From a virus (Duplodnaviria; Heunggongvirae; Uroviricota; Caudoviricetes): 42,548 nucleotides of DNA. Both the position numbers and the translations under genes were made by a program. Location: the IMG/VR virus record IMGVR_UViG_2671180275_000010; one strand, given 5' to 3'. This document shows, in pieces, positions 1 through 8,816 of the stretch. Within the stretch, counting starts at the first letter, position 1, and each line of letters begins with the position of its first letter. Below the pieces are notes generated by a model that was given only the letters and a program-made list of their open reading frames with translations, did no database searches and was not told where the DNA came from.

Positions 1-1287
1 TCAGAGTCTGGCTCTATGGGGCATGTATGGGACACTCTCTGTCAACTGCTTATTGAGTAGTTCTATTTGCCCGATATTGTTATCTTCCATCCATGCACCG
101 TAAACGTTGAATACCATTTGTGCATTTGCATGGCCCATTTGGTTTGCTATGAAGCTTGGATTCGCTCCTGCCGATAATGCCCAGCAGGCATAAGTATGCC
201 TGGACTGATAGGCTTTTCTGTGCCGCAGTCCTGCTCGCCTTAATGCAGATGCCCAGGAATCTCTGATGGAATCTGCTTTATAGTGGTGGCCGACGTGCTG
301 GCATTTTTTCACCAGTTGCGGATTAAAAACAAACGTGCATTCATGGCTTGTGCTGCGTCCGAACTCCCGCAGTTTGACATCAATTTGATATTGCTGGTCA
401 AACCTTGTCATTTCAGCCTGGCTTTTCAGGGCATCAACAGCTGGTTGAACAAGATGAATAACACGATCAGTTCCCGCCTCTGTTTTTGGTAGAGTGAACT
501 CCCCGAGTTTTGTATAATTACGACGGATAGTCATTGTTTTAGCTTTTAAATCAATATCCTCCCAGGCGAGAGCTATTAGCTCACCGTGACGAATGCCTGT
601 GTATACTGCTAAGGACCACAGGTTTTTCGTTTGTTGATGGTGACAGGCATCAATAAAGCGAATAAATTCGTCACGCGTGAGCGGATCTGGCTCTGTTCTG
701 GATCTCTTTAATGGTGTCAGCCCGTTAAATGGGTTTGACACGATATAGCCGTTATCAGCCGCAAATTGAAACATTCCTGCAATTGTCGTCATGTAGTAAT
801 TAACCGTAACTACTGACCTTCCTTTAATCGGCGTTGTTTTTCCGTTAGAGAGATTATGATACCCGGTTAACAAGTCTTTCCTGATAAACAGTAAATCTTC
901 CTTTGTTACCGACGAAGCAAGACGTTTTTCCCCTATGCGAGGAAGCATGTTTCTCACCACGGATTGATACCGACTGAATGCATTACTTCCTATCTCAATT
1001 TTCTTAAGGTCCAGCCATTTTTCCGAAAGTGCCTTAACGGTTATCTCTCTTTTTCCCAGACCAAAGTGTTTCAGGTTAGGGGAATTAGGGAACTGCGCGG
1101 CGTAGTCGAAACTCCCCATTCTGATTGCAAAACAAACGGAAGTGCGAAGTTCACCAGCGATCTTCCGGTTTTTGGCTGTGTCAGGAACACCGAGGTTTTC
1201 TCTGACACGTTTGCCATTATAGTGAAACCATATACGGAGTGATCCTCCATGGTTTTCAACGCCTGTCGGGTATGATGCGTTACTCAT
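1..1287 (-). CDS. int: Tyrosine-type site-specific integrase (lambda Int family); stop codon lies at window positions 1-3, so the att site is outside the window
   Basis: 428-aa ORF with a phage-integrase-like C-terminal catalytic region (conserved Arg/His/Tyr-containing segments); sits at the prophage end immediately upstream of an excisionase-like gene. Confidence 0.9.
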   Translation of the reverse strand: MSNASYPTGVENHGGSLRIWFHYNGKRVRENLGVPDTAKNRKIAGELRTSVCFAIRMGSFDYAAQFPNSPNLKHFGLGKREITVKALSEKWLDLKKIEIGSNAFSRYQSVVRNMLPRIGEKRLASSVTKEDLLFIRKDLLTGYHNLSNGKTTPIKGRSVVTVNYYMTTIAGMFQFAADNGYIVSNPFNGLTPLKRSRTEPDPLTRDEFIRFIDACHHQQTKNLWSLAVYTGIRHGELIALAWEDIDLKAKTMTIRRNYTKLGEFTLPKTEAGTDRVIHLVQPAVDALKSQAEMTRFDQQYQIDVKLREFGRSTSHECTFVFNPQLVKKCQHVGHHYKADSIRDSWASALRRAGLRHRKAYQSRHTYACWALSAGANPSFIANQMGHANAQMVFNVYGAWMEDNNIGQIELLNKQLTESVPYMPHRARL

Positions 1288-1320
1288 TAAACCTCCCAGA
1301 CGTCCAGGAGCATTAACAGG

Positions 1321-1575
1321 TTAACCGGAACTTGCATTTTTGGCACCTGGTTGTTTCTGGTTTTCGATCCATCGCATAATTTCTTCGATGTTGTACAGGC
1401 ATTCACTGTAGTGCCCCGGATCACCTTCTACAGCGTAATGGCGGTATTCTTTTCCCTGCATCCATGACTTTCTTCTTGCCCGCTCAATGGTGCCAGGCTT
1501 TAGCCCTGTTGATGCAATGAGGACTCTCTCCGTACACCATTTGCTGGGGGTTATCTGATAGATGATTGTCTGCAT
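1321..1575 (-). CDS. xis: Excisionase-like small DNA-binding protein
   Basis: 84-aa ORF directly upstream of int on the same strand; central segment (KPGTIERARRKSWMQGKEYRHYAV) resembles the lambda Xis winged-helix region (RRWVRECRIFPPPVKDGREYLFHESAV). Confidence 0.6.
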   Translation of the reverse strand: MQTIIYQITPSKWCTERVLIASTGLKPGTIERARRKSWMQGKEYRHYAVEGDPGHYSECLYNIEEIMRWIENQKQPGAKNASSG

Positions 1576-1731
1576 GCCAACCTCATAAAACTTTCATCCA
1601 CGGCAGTGGCACCACACTTCAAACATTCGCTTCACAACTTAACGACAGTAGAAGCCGTCAACATCTCGCGTCAGGTCATAGCGATTGCCGTAACGCTGGT
1701 GGACCCATCGTTCAAATGCTTTATTCATTCT

Positions 1732-2010
1732 TTACTTCCTTTTTATGGCTCGTAATTTTTTCAGGTGCTTTTCCTGCTCAGTGTCCGCGAGAATTTTGCG
1801 GTACTCCTGGTGGTCAATATGTTCGAACAGGCAGTTTAACTCACCAATGCGTACCCGCCCGGATCGTCCGTCCATCCGTCGAAAGAACACTGAGTGCTCA
1901 GTGATGCGAGTAATCACCACGGGGTATCCAGCTCTGTCCGTGTATATCTGACCGCGTTGAATCAAAGCGAACATGTGGTTATCCCCATCGACAAATCGAG
2001 AACACAACAA
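1732..2010 (-). CDS. Hypothetical early-left-operon protein
   Basis: 92-aa ORF co-oriented with the leftward operon; no recognisable motif. Confidence 0.35.
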   Translation of the reverse strand: MLCSRFVDGDNHMFALIQRGQIYTDRAGYPVVITRITEHSVFFRRMDGRSGRVRIGELNCLFEHIDHQEYRKILADTEQEKHLKKLRAIKRK

Positions 2011-2058
2011 ACGCTGCTGCGAATACCACCCCCAGAGTTACGATTGCATCAGGCCAGC

Positions 2059-3003
2059 TCATTGATTCACCTCCTGCCTGTCGTCCGGCATTCGCTCACT
2101 ACAGCTTATCCAACCATCCGGAGTTACCGGAACTTGTGGAATGGCTGTCTGCTCTCGAACGTCATTAGGCGCTATAGGTTCTGCTGCCAACTGACTGGCA
2201 TATTTGTTAATGGTAACGATAAGCTCTTGCTCAGCCTCATCCAGACAATCACCGATACCTCGCCTGTCACCGTCAAAATCATCGAAATCGGCACGAATCC
2301 TGGCAACCTTCAGGATTGCGGACAACACCTCACTAGGAATTGCCGGATAGTTGGTTGACGTTTCCGCGATTTCCCGAAAATTATTGGTTGACGAATTCTT
2401 GTTTTCCCGAAAGTTTCCGGACTGAAGCATGGCGGCGCGGCAGGCGTTCCATATTTCGGCAGCAATATCGCGCTCGCTATCGGTTAATTTGTACGTTGAA
2501 ACATAGCCAGAGAGCATTTCTACGTTTTCCGGAGTTGCTTCTTCAGGCACTACCGGTGCTGGCTCACGTATTACAGGCTCGCCCATGCGTGATTCTCCCT
2601 GCGCCTCTTTCACCATGTGGTCATTGATTTGCTCCAGTCGCCGAACGTGCTCATCAGCTTCAAGCGCTCGCCGTTTCCAGATGGACAGGTCTTCACGAGC
2701 GCCCTGATATGCGTCACCGTATTCGCCGTTAAATACTGGCGCTGGCGGGGCGATGCGTCCAAGCAACTTATTTACCTCTTTCGCCATCGCGTCATATTTA
2801 TCTAAATAGCGATTAGCTTCTAAGCAGACTCGGTGCATCTGATCTGAGTTAACTCGTTTAACTGGATCTGCTTCCAATGATGCCAGTGCAATCCGTGCCA
2901 GTTCTTCCGCTTCTTCTGCTGGCAGTACAACGTTGCTACCCGGTCCGTATGTTTCGCGCCACTGCTTGATTGTCAGCAGTCGCCCTTTGGTAATAGTGAT
3001 CAT
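2059..3003 (-). CDS. Hypothetical phage protein, acidic with coiled-coil segments (possibly Ea22-like family)
   Basis: 314-aa ORF; its start overlaps the stop of the upstream gene in an ATGA arrangement (translational coupling); family assignment is from memory of prophage Ea22-like proteins only. Confidence 0.45.
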   Translation of the reverse strand: MITITKGRLLTIKQWRETYGPGSNVVLPAEEAEELARIALASLEADPVKRVNSDQMHRVCLEANRYLDKYDAMAKEVNKLLGRIAPPAPVFNGEYGDAYQGAREDLSIWKRRALEADEHVRRLEQINDHMVKEAQGESRMGEPVIREPAPVVPEEATPENVEMLSGYVSTYKLTDSERDIAAEIWNACRAAMLQSGNFRENKNSSTNNFREIAETSTNYPAIPSEVLSAILKVARIRADFDDFDGDRRGIGDCLDEAEQELIVTINKYASQLAAEPIAPNDVREQTAIPQVPVTPDGWISCSERMPDDRQEVNQ

Positions 3004-3515
3004 GCCGCGTTTCCTTCTTTCTTATTAACAATCACACCGTCATATATTTCATTAAGGTGCCCTCTCAACTCCATGCGCCTTAATGCAGATAACATGTAAT
3101 CGCATTCAACCTGCTTATTCCCGGTAAATGGCTTATCGTCAGGATTACCCCAACAGCAATTACCCCTGGGCCATCCATGTACTTTCCGTACTCTTCCGTT
3201 AACAACGTGAAGTAATCCCCAGCCGGGAGGTAAATCCTCAACTGAAATAATTTCCGGCTCACTAATAAAGAATCGCCAGTCGCCCATGCCAAGTGAGGGA
3301 TTTTTACGGAAACGCTTTTTTCTATCTGCCAACAAGTCAGCACGAGAACACTTCGCCTCTATCAGGCATGATGCTGAATTTCTGAATCCCATAGCATCTG
3401 GCTGTTCTCCGGTACTGGTTACAGCAACAAAGCGGTCATGAAAGCAAACCTTGAACCCGTTGCGCTTAAGGAACTTGTACGCAATCTGACAGAGTTCGTG
3501 GTGTGTTAACGCCAT
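3000..3515 (-). CDS. Putative PD-(D/E)xK nuclease-fold protein (MmcB-like)
   Basis: 171-aa ORF with AAGGAGA Shine-Dalgarno; contains ...QPDAMGFRNSASCLIEAKCS..., i.e. a PD...(D/E)xK-like spacing. Confidence 0.45.
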   Translation of the reverse strand: MALTHHELCQIAYKFLKRNGFKVCFHDRFVAVTSTGEQPDAMGFRNSASCLIEAKCSRADLLADRKKRFRKNPSLGMGDWRFFISEPEIISVEDLPPGWGLLHVVNGRVRKVHGWPRGNCCWGNPDDKPFTGNKQVECDYMLSALRRMELRGHLNEIYDGVIVNKKEGNAA

Positions 3516-3516
3516 A

Positions 3517-4089
3517 TCACTCTCCTTTGATGCGAATGTCAGCGACGCGTAATGCGTGTTCTAGGTCAATCAGGTAAAGCCAACTGCCATTTTCTTTAGG
3601 TATCATGACTTGTCGCTCATCTGCATTTATCGGGTGTCCATATCGAAGGTCGTAGCGAGTCGGTAATTGAACTTCCCGCGCTTCCAGTTCAGCAATACGC
3701 TTGCACCCATCAGAGATAACTCCCTCGTAATACTCGCGCTGCTCGTTGAGTTTTGATTTTGCTGCTTCAAGCTCAACGCGCAGCTTCCCAACCGTAAGCG
3801 CAATATCCTCGTTCTCCTGGTCACGGCGTTTGATGTATTGCTGGTTTCTTTCCCGTTCATCCAGCAGCGCCTGCACTACTTCAGGGTTGAAAGCTGCGAT
3901 ATAACGAGCGTTGTTCTCTGCGTTGTTCTGTCCATCAAAGCCGGTCCATTTGATAACGTCTTCACATCGTTTATCACCAGGTGTATGCACCGCATATGTA
4001 CCAGTACCAGACGAAATAAATGCGACCCATTCACCCTGTGTTGCCAGTTGCGCCGCTTTACGCAGTGCCTGATAGTCAATCTTGCTCAC
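3517..4089 (-). CDS. Ead/Ea22-like family protein (start moved to in-frame GTG preceded by AAGGAGG)
   Basis: Track ORF 3517..4125; GTG at 4089 has a strong SD and overlaps the stop of the upstream 79-aa gene (GTGA); N-terminal ...IDYQALRKAAQLATQGEWVAF... resembles the conserved N-terminus of prophage Ea22-like proteins; coiled-coil C-terminus. Confidence 0.5.
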   Translation of the reverse strand: MSKIDYQALRKAAQLATQGEWVAFISSGTGTYAVHTPGDKRCEDVIKWTGFDGQNNAENNARYIAAFNPEVVQALLDERERNQQYIKRRDQENEDIALTVGKLRVELEAAKSKLNEQREYYEGVISDGCKRIAELEAREVQLPTRYDLRYGHPINADERQVMIPKENGSWLYLIDLEHALRVADIRIKGE

Positions 4090-4325
4090 TGGTTGCCTCC
4101 TTTGCGGATCTGCGCTGCGATGCACGAAAAAAAAGACTCCCGCGTATGACTGTTAAGAGCTGGCGCGAACGCTGCGTTAAGAACGGCAGCATCACAGCCG
4201 TCATCGATATAGAGCGCAATTTTTTTCTCCAGGCGCGCTTTGGCTTCCTGCAACTGCATACCCCGGCACGCACGCGGGATATAATCAGCAATTTGAGCGA
4301 TAGCTTTTTCGTTCTGTTTAAACAT
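4086..4325 (-). CDS. Hypothetical small protein
   Basis: 79-aa ORF, stop overlaps downstream GTG start, start overlaps stop of upstream ORF; operon-style packing. Confidence 0.4.
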   Translation of the reverse strand: MFKQNEKAIAQIADYIPRACRGMQLQEAKARLEKKIALYIDDGCDAAVLNAAFAPALNSHTRESFFSCIAAQIRKGGNQ

Positions 4326-4521
4326 GCTTCACCTCGATAGGCTTGATGGTGTCTAACAGCAGTCGGCGGCACGTATTTTCTGCAAAGTGGCGGCGTCCAG
4401 TTTCTTTGTGGTAAAACTCGTTTTTGCCGACGACCCACATCCGTTCTGTTTGGTGCAATTTTTTTACCTGCGGTCCATCTTTGGTGATCACGGTACCGGT
4501 ATGGGTTTTTACGATTGTCAT
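4318..4521 (-). CDS. Hypothetical small protein
   Basis: 67-aa ORF; ATGA overlap with the stop of the PAPS-reductase-like gene. Confidence 0.4.
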   Translation of the reverse strand: MTIVKTHTGTVITKDGPQVKKLHQTERMWVVGKNEFYHKETGRRHFAENTCRRLLLDTIKPIEVKHV

Positions 4522-5396
4522 GCCACTACCTCTTCGAATTTCAACTCCAATTGGTCACCCCAGATTTCACATGATTCGGAACACGAACCAGTATCAAACC
4601 GCTTGGCCAGCACCATCGCCTGATACAAACTTCTGTAGTCGCTGTCGGCATACATTCTGGCAATCCTGTCAAGCGTCAGGTGACCACGGTACATAACGTC
4701 TTTACCTGTTCTGCGATGACCATCCCGGACGTGTTTGCCTGTAACCAGTTCATTAAAAACCCGCATCAGACCAGGTTCGTCTTTACATGCGATCCCCAGC
4801 TTTTGCGTTGACTTTTTGATGCAGAAAACACAGTTCCCGAGGTGCTCCGGGATTTGCAAATCAAAAGGTTGTTTACGCCACCACCGGATAACATCCGACT
4901 TATCAAAATCTGACAGCTCGGCAAGATACCGGACGCCCGGTTTCGGTTTCAGCCTACGGTGTTCGTCCGCACGAATACCCAGCCATGTGATGTAATTCCC
5001 TCGCCCAAAATGGTCATCGCAATATTTCGTGAAAGGGGTGAGTTTTAGCCTGTCAGTACAGAATGCGCCGCCGATGTATGGCGTACCGTACTTTTTAACC
5101 ATGTCCATAAACGGTTTAAGCACCGGCATTCGCGTCTGAATATCCTTTGGTTCCCATTCCGTATAACCATTTGGCTGCCCAAGCTCTGGATTTATATCGA
5201 CCTGCAACACAGTTAGCGGTATGCCCCAGAACTTCACAACCTCCCGAATAAAGCGGTATGTCAGCGGATGTTCGCAACCGGTATCCATAAAGATGTAGCA
5301 GACGTTATTGCCAGCCTTTCTTTGTTCTTCCATCAGGTGAACAAGATATGCAGATGTTCTCCCGCCAGAAAAACTAACTACATGAGTTATGCACAT
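4518..5396 (-). CDS. PAPS reductase-like PP-loop ATP-pyrophosphatase family protein (adenine nucleotide alpha-hydrolase superfamily)
   Basis: 292-aa ORF; N-terminal PP-loop VVSFSGGRTSAY followed by ...CYIFMDTGCEHP..., typical of the CysH/PAPS-reductase family; function in phages unknown. Confidence 0.75.
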   Translation of the reverse strand: MCITHVVSFSGGRTSAYLVHLMEEQRKAGNNVCYIFMDTGCEHPLTYRFIREVVKFWGIPLTVLQVDINPELGQPNGYTEWEPKDIQTRMPVLKPFMDMVKKYGTPYIGGAFCTDRLKLTPFTKYCDDHFGRGNYITWLGIRADEHRRLKPKPGVRYLAELSDFDKSDVIRWWRKQPFDLQIPEHLGNCVFCIKKSTQKLGIACKDEPGLMRVFNELVTGKHVRDGHRRTGKDVMYRGHLTLDRIARMYADSDYRSLYQAMVLAKRFDTGSCSESCEIWGDQLELKFEEVVA

Positions 5397-5923
5397 TTGC
5401 GTAATTCCGATAACTCGTTGAAGCGTTCCATAAACATCCCGTAGGCATGGCCCGGTGCCAGTGGAATCACTTTGAACATCTCTGTTGCCGGGATACCTTC
5501 CAATACAGGCCAGAAAGAGCCATCATCAAGTCCGAGATCGCGGCGTTCGGTTGCCAGCATGATGAGATCGGCATATTTCACTGGCGTGCTCATAACAGGA
5601 GGTAACCCGTATTTCTCACGGATTACGGCGTCTATTTTTTCTTCCATCCGTTTATAGTCAGGAAGAAGTCGTTTCAGTGGTGCGGGGATGTCCTGGCAAT
5701 ACGCTTCTGTTGCATCATGCATTAACGCTTCAAAAGCAAATTCCTGCGGCACCAGCTGGCTGCAAAGCACCGCATGCTGGGCGACACTGTAGAAGTGTGA
5801 AAGATGTCCTGCAAAGCGACAGATATTTGAAAGGGAAACCGCGATATCGTTAATCACGATGTCGTCTTTATTTATCTTGTCATAATAAAAATGCTTCCCG
5901 GAAAAAGTTTTAATAAATGACAT
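5387..5923 (-). CDS. HD-domain 5'-deoxynucleotidase (YfbR/YfdR-like)
   Basis: Start placed at internal ATG (Met22 of track ORF 5387..5986) preceded by GGAGA; 178 aa; H...HD motifs (SVAQHAV, LMHDATEA) and KYADLIMLATE block align with E. coli YfbR; length matches CPS-53 prophage YfdR as I recall it. Confidence 0.75.
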   Translation of the reverse strand: MSFIKTFSGKHFYYDKINKDDIVINDIAVSLSNICRFAGHLSHFYSVAQHAVLCSQLVPQEFAFEALMHDATEAYCQDIPAPLKRLLPDYKRMEEKIDAVIREKYGLPPVMSTPVKYADLIMLATERRDLGLDDGSFWPVLEGIPATEMFKVIPLAPGHAYGMFMERFNELSELRKCA

Positions 5924-6051
5924 TTCGTTCTCCACTTTATATGCGCTGCACCGCGCTGAATTCGGGTAAAAGGAATCCCGCACCATCCGGCGATTATTGA
6001 GTTAATTACGTTTCCATAAATGCCCCCGCAGGAGCATTTGCAGTAATGAAA

Positions 6052-6876
6052 TCAGGCGGTGAAAGTACCAATAAAGGTTTCTACTTTGCTGTCTTTGAAT
6101 TTCTCAACAAGCAGATCACGAAATTCGTTAGCCATTTCTTCCTGCACTGCTTCCAGCTGAATAATGCGCAGAACCAGTACAGGACGATCGCCAGTGATAA
6201 TGCTGAGGCGTAATTTAAATGGACGTTCTTTCAGACCTTCAAACGGAACGCATTTAAATTCAAATGCCACTGGCATAATATCTTTGGTCTTCGCTTCGAC
6301 AGACTCCATCAGGGAGCGTTTGCCGCTGAAGTCATTATCTTCAAAATCAGCGGTCTGGTTTGCTTCAATCGTGATTTTACGGACCGCCGCAGCCGCTTTT
6401 GTTGCCTGAATAGCGTCACCATTAGCATCAAAGCCCACAAGGTAGTCGGACCAGTCTTCAATCCATTCTGCCAGTGACTTCTGGGAGTTACGCTCGCCGT
6501 TAACAGACAACAGGGCAGAGAACGGTGCTGTCTTTTTCAGTTTGAGAGTGGCGGTGTTATCTGCGTGACCTGGTTCATCAATAGTACCCAGGTTAAGCAC
6601 ACTGACTGCTCGCATATTATCGGCATCGATAAATCAGCGGGTGCCTTCATCTGCAAGATCTTTAGAATAACGGGTAAAGTCATCGATGCTGGCAGTGGAA
6701 AGCGCACCACGGAAACGGAAGCGATTTAAATTAAATTTTTCCAGATCATGAATGCGGAAATTCTCAGGCAATGCCACAGCATCGGCACCAATCTTACTGA
6801 TAATTTCATTAACACCCTGAGCAGAAATAAGGGAATGAATTTGATTAATTGCGGTTGCGTCTAAGTTCTGAGACAT
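6052..6876 (-). pseudogene. yfdQ-like (DUF2303-type) gene interrupted by a single in-frame stop codon (track ORFs 6634..6876 and 6052..6615 share one frame)
   Basis: 80-aa and 187-aa ORFs are in the same frame, separated by one stop (read as TGA at 6634-6636) plus 6 sense codons; combined 274 codons equals the length I recall for E. coli CPS-53 YfdQ. Confidence 0.45.
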
Positions 6877-6941
6877 AATAAGTCCTCACTATATAAAGAT
6901 ATTCAGTGATGAGATAAATAATCGGTTAATTAAGAACGATA

Positions 6942-7304
6942 TTAATGACCTGCTGCGCGGAGTTTTCCGTCAGGTTCACCGGCAAGAGTCAGTAATTGTC
7001 CCTGGTCTTCCTGCAGAATAGTCAGGCGACCACCGCGATTGACATACATCGGCGTTTCGGTGGTGTCTTCTTCGGAAATTTTCCCGCGGTTAGTCGGGCG
7101 AACATATGAGAGTTTGTGTTTGATTTTCACACGGTTCTCATCAAACGGTTCGATTTCCAGGTTGAGCGAGACCTTACCTTTGGTTTTCGTGTTCATCACA
7201 CCGGAAGCGACTTCACTGAGAACAGCTCCGATTTTGGTTTCAAATACGCCGCCGTCCAGCTCCCCGATAAATGCCTGCACATCAGTACTACGTTCGCTAG
7301 CCAT
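6942..7304 (-). CDS. Hypothetical protein, first gene of leftward operon (YfdP-like by size and synteny)
   Basis: Start set at Met63 of track ORF (ATG 7302-7304) preceded by GAGGAG SD; 120 aa. Confidence 0.5.
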   Translation of the reverse strand: MASERSTDVQAFIGELDGGVFETKIGAVLSEVASGVMNTKTKGKVSLNLEIEPFDENRVKIKHKLSYVRPTNRGKISEEDTTETPMYVNRGGRLTILQEDQGQLLTLAGEPDGKLRAAGH

Positions 7305-7436
7305 TTTGCTGCTCCTCATCATATCGACCCTGCAAGGTCGGTTGGTTTCCCCACAAAACAGAGAAGAACACCTGCGGTGGCAGCCGCCCGGATGGATTGG
7401 GTTATGAGCCCGTCGTCCGGTGATGCTCTTCTCTGT

Positions 7437-7487
7437 TTTGTAAAAAGAGCGGTACCAGCCGGAAGCAAGTGTACAAACTGGTACCGC
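7437..7487 (-). terminator. Intrinsic terminator-like hairpin on the leftward transcript (10-bp stem GCGGTACCAG/CTGGTACCGC followed by U-tract), upstream of first left-operon gene
   Basis: Perfect 10-bp inverted repeat with about 19-nt loop followed on the minus strand by TCTTTTTA; a second 14-bp long-range inverted repeat (about 7354-7367 / 7427-7440) flanks it. Confidence 0.45.
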
Positions 7488-7932
7488 CAAAGCAGTGGCT
7501 GTTGTGGTGACCGGTGCTGATCTCCGGCTTGCGGTTATTTCAGACTCTCACGGGCGTTTAATTGCCCCGCCGAACAGCTCTTTTCCGCAATAGCTGCAAT
7601 GTCTTTCGCGCATCAGCCTGCGCCTTCACCACAACACTGAGAGCACTTAGCCAGTTACGGCACCACACTTTGTCGCGGTTCCATAAATGCCCTCATCGTT
7701 GCACCCTGGTCTCTTCCCAGGCGTCAAACCGAATCGCCACGCTGGTTAGGCGTCTTATCAGCATCATCATTGACTTGCACATTCCGGCTACCTGGTTTGT
7801 TTGCCCGAGCAAGGAGTGGATTGTCTCCTTTAACGTCCCCAGACCGCTAACGACGCATGTGCCATACGCCGTGTTACAACCAAATTTTGTTAGTACCTTG
7901 TTTGTTGGTCTGGAAAGAAAGATAAAATGAAG

Positions 7933-7971
7933 TTGCGCATTATGCAAGTATTTTTGTTGCGAGATATGCAA
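7933..7971. promoter_or_regulatory. OL-like operators: two TTGC-N7-GCAA sites (TTGCGCATTATGCAA, TTGCGAGATATGCAA) with a putative leftward promoter
   Basis: Same TTGC-N7-GCAA half-site pattern as the sites between cI and cro; located just beyond the cI terminator. Confidence 0.4.
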
Positions 7972-7980
7972 TTTGATGAG

Positions 7981-8005
7981 TAATGAAAAGCCACCTTCGG
8001 GTGGC
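7981..8005 (-). terminator. Intrinsic terminator downstream of cI
   Basis: GCCACC-TTCG-GGTGGC hairpin followed on the minus strand by TTTTCATT, about 20 nt after the cI stop. Confidence 0.6.
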
Positions 8006-8026
8006 TAATTGATGAGGAGGTAAGGG

Positions 8027-8719
8027 TTAATTGTGTCGCTTAAGGGTTTGTGACTGGCTGATTAAGACCTTTCCAAAGACCATAAACCGGTGTTCATTTT
8101 CGCTGGTAATTCCCCATTCACGGTAAATCTGGTTATCAGAAATTACCAGTAGTTTGTCAGGTATCATTTGCAGTCGTTTGACATAAATTTTATCATCAAA
8201 ACCAAACACATAGATACCATCCCCATCAAACTGATTGATACTGATATCAACGAAGATGAGATCTCCTGGCTCAATGGTTGGACACATACTGTCCCCACGA
8301 ACGTTGATAACTTTAATGTGATTTGCTGGTCGTCCACCAAACATCGATACAGCATTATCAGTTCTGTATTCAATGGCATGAATCACATCAATGACATCAC
8401 CGCCCTGGATAAGGCCATTTCCCGCACTGGCACTGACATCCAGCATTTCAATACGGAATACATCCTTCACCTGCGCAACATCCTCACTAATACTGTTTTT
8501 ACATACAGTATTACTTTTGAGGTCTGAGGTAAAGAGATCAGCAATATCAACACCTAAGCTCCTGGCAATATTACTCAGGGCTTGTTCAGTGAATTGTTTC
8601 TGCTTACCTGTTTCGAGGCGCGAGATATTCGCCGCATCCACTCCTATTGCTTCAGCGAGATCGGCGATTTTCATGTTCTTCGCCTGGCGAAGTTGTCTGA
8701 CTCGATTTCCTATGTTCAT
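8027..8719 (-). CDS. cI: CI-like prophage repressor (HTH_XRE N-terminal domain + S24 LexA-like autopeptidase domain)
   Basis: 230 aa; HTH (IADLAEAIGVDAANISRLETG); Ala-Gly cleavage site (SASAGNG); S24 catalytic Ser in GDSMCPTI and Lys in VKRL; divergent from cro. Confidence 0.9.
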   Translation of the reverse strand: MNIGNRVRQLRQAKNMKIADLAEAIGVDAANISRLETGKQKQFTEQALSNIARSLGVDIADLFTSDLKSNTVCKNSISEDVAQVKDVFRIEMLDVSASAGNGLIQGGDVIDVIHAIEYRTDNAVSMFGGRPANHIKVINVRGDSMCPTIEPGDLIFVDISINQFDGDGIYVFGFDDKIYVKRLQMIPDKLLVISDNQIYREWGITSENEHRFMVFGKVLISQSQTLKRHN

Positions 8720-8816
8720 GCGTTTATTACATTTCTTTATTGCGCGTTAAGCAAATCAACTTGCGCAAAATATTTGCGTGAAATAATATGCTCATCACGC
8801 AATATGTGGAGGTTAT
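8720..8816. promoter_or_regulatory. Divergent immunity promoter/operator region (OR with PR and PRM analogues)
   Basis: Three operator-like sites with TTGC/GCAA half-sites (TTGCGCGTTAAGCAA at about 8740-8754, CGCAAAATATTTGCG, ATGCTCATCACGCAA); putative PR -35 TTGCGC / -10 TAATAT; GGAGG SD before cro. Confidence 0.6.

Noticed and set aside
1-60. attL/attP core adjacent to int
   Set aside because: The window starts at the int stop codon, so the attachment site and host junction lie outside the window
1639-1728. 29-aa minus-strand ORF between xis and the 92-aa gene
   Set aside because: Too short and without a convincing SD to call
7693-7971. 92-aa minus-strand ORF as an N-like antiterminator
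   Set aside because: Its alternative start codon lies inside the operator-like repeats upstream of the presumed pL -10; the sequence is Cys/low-complexity with no arginine-rich motif
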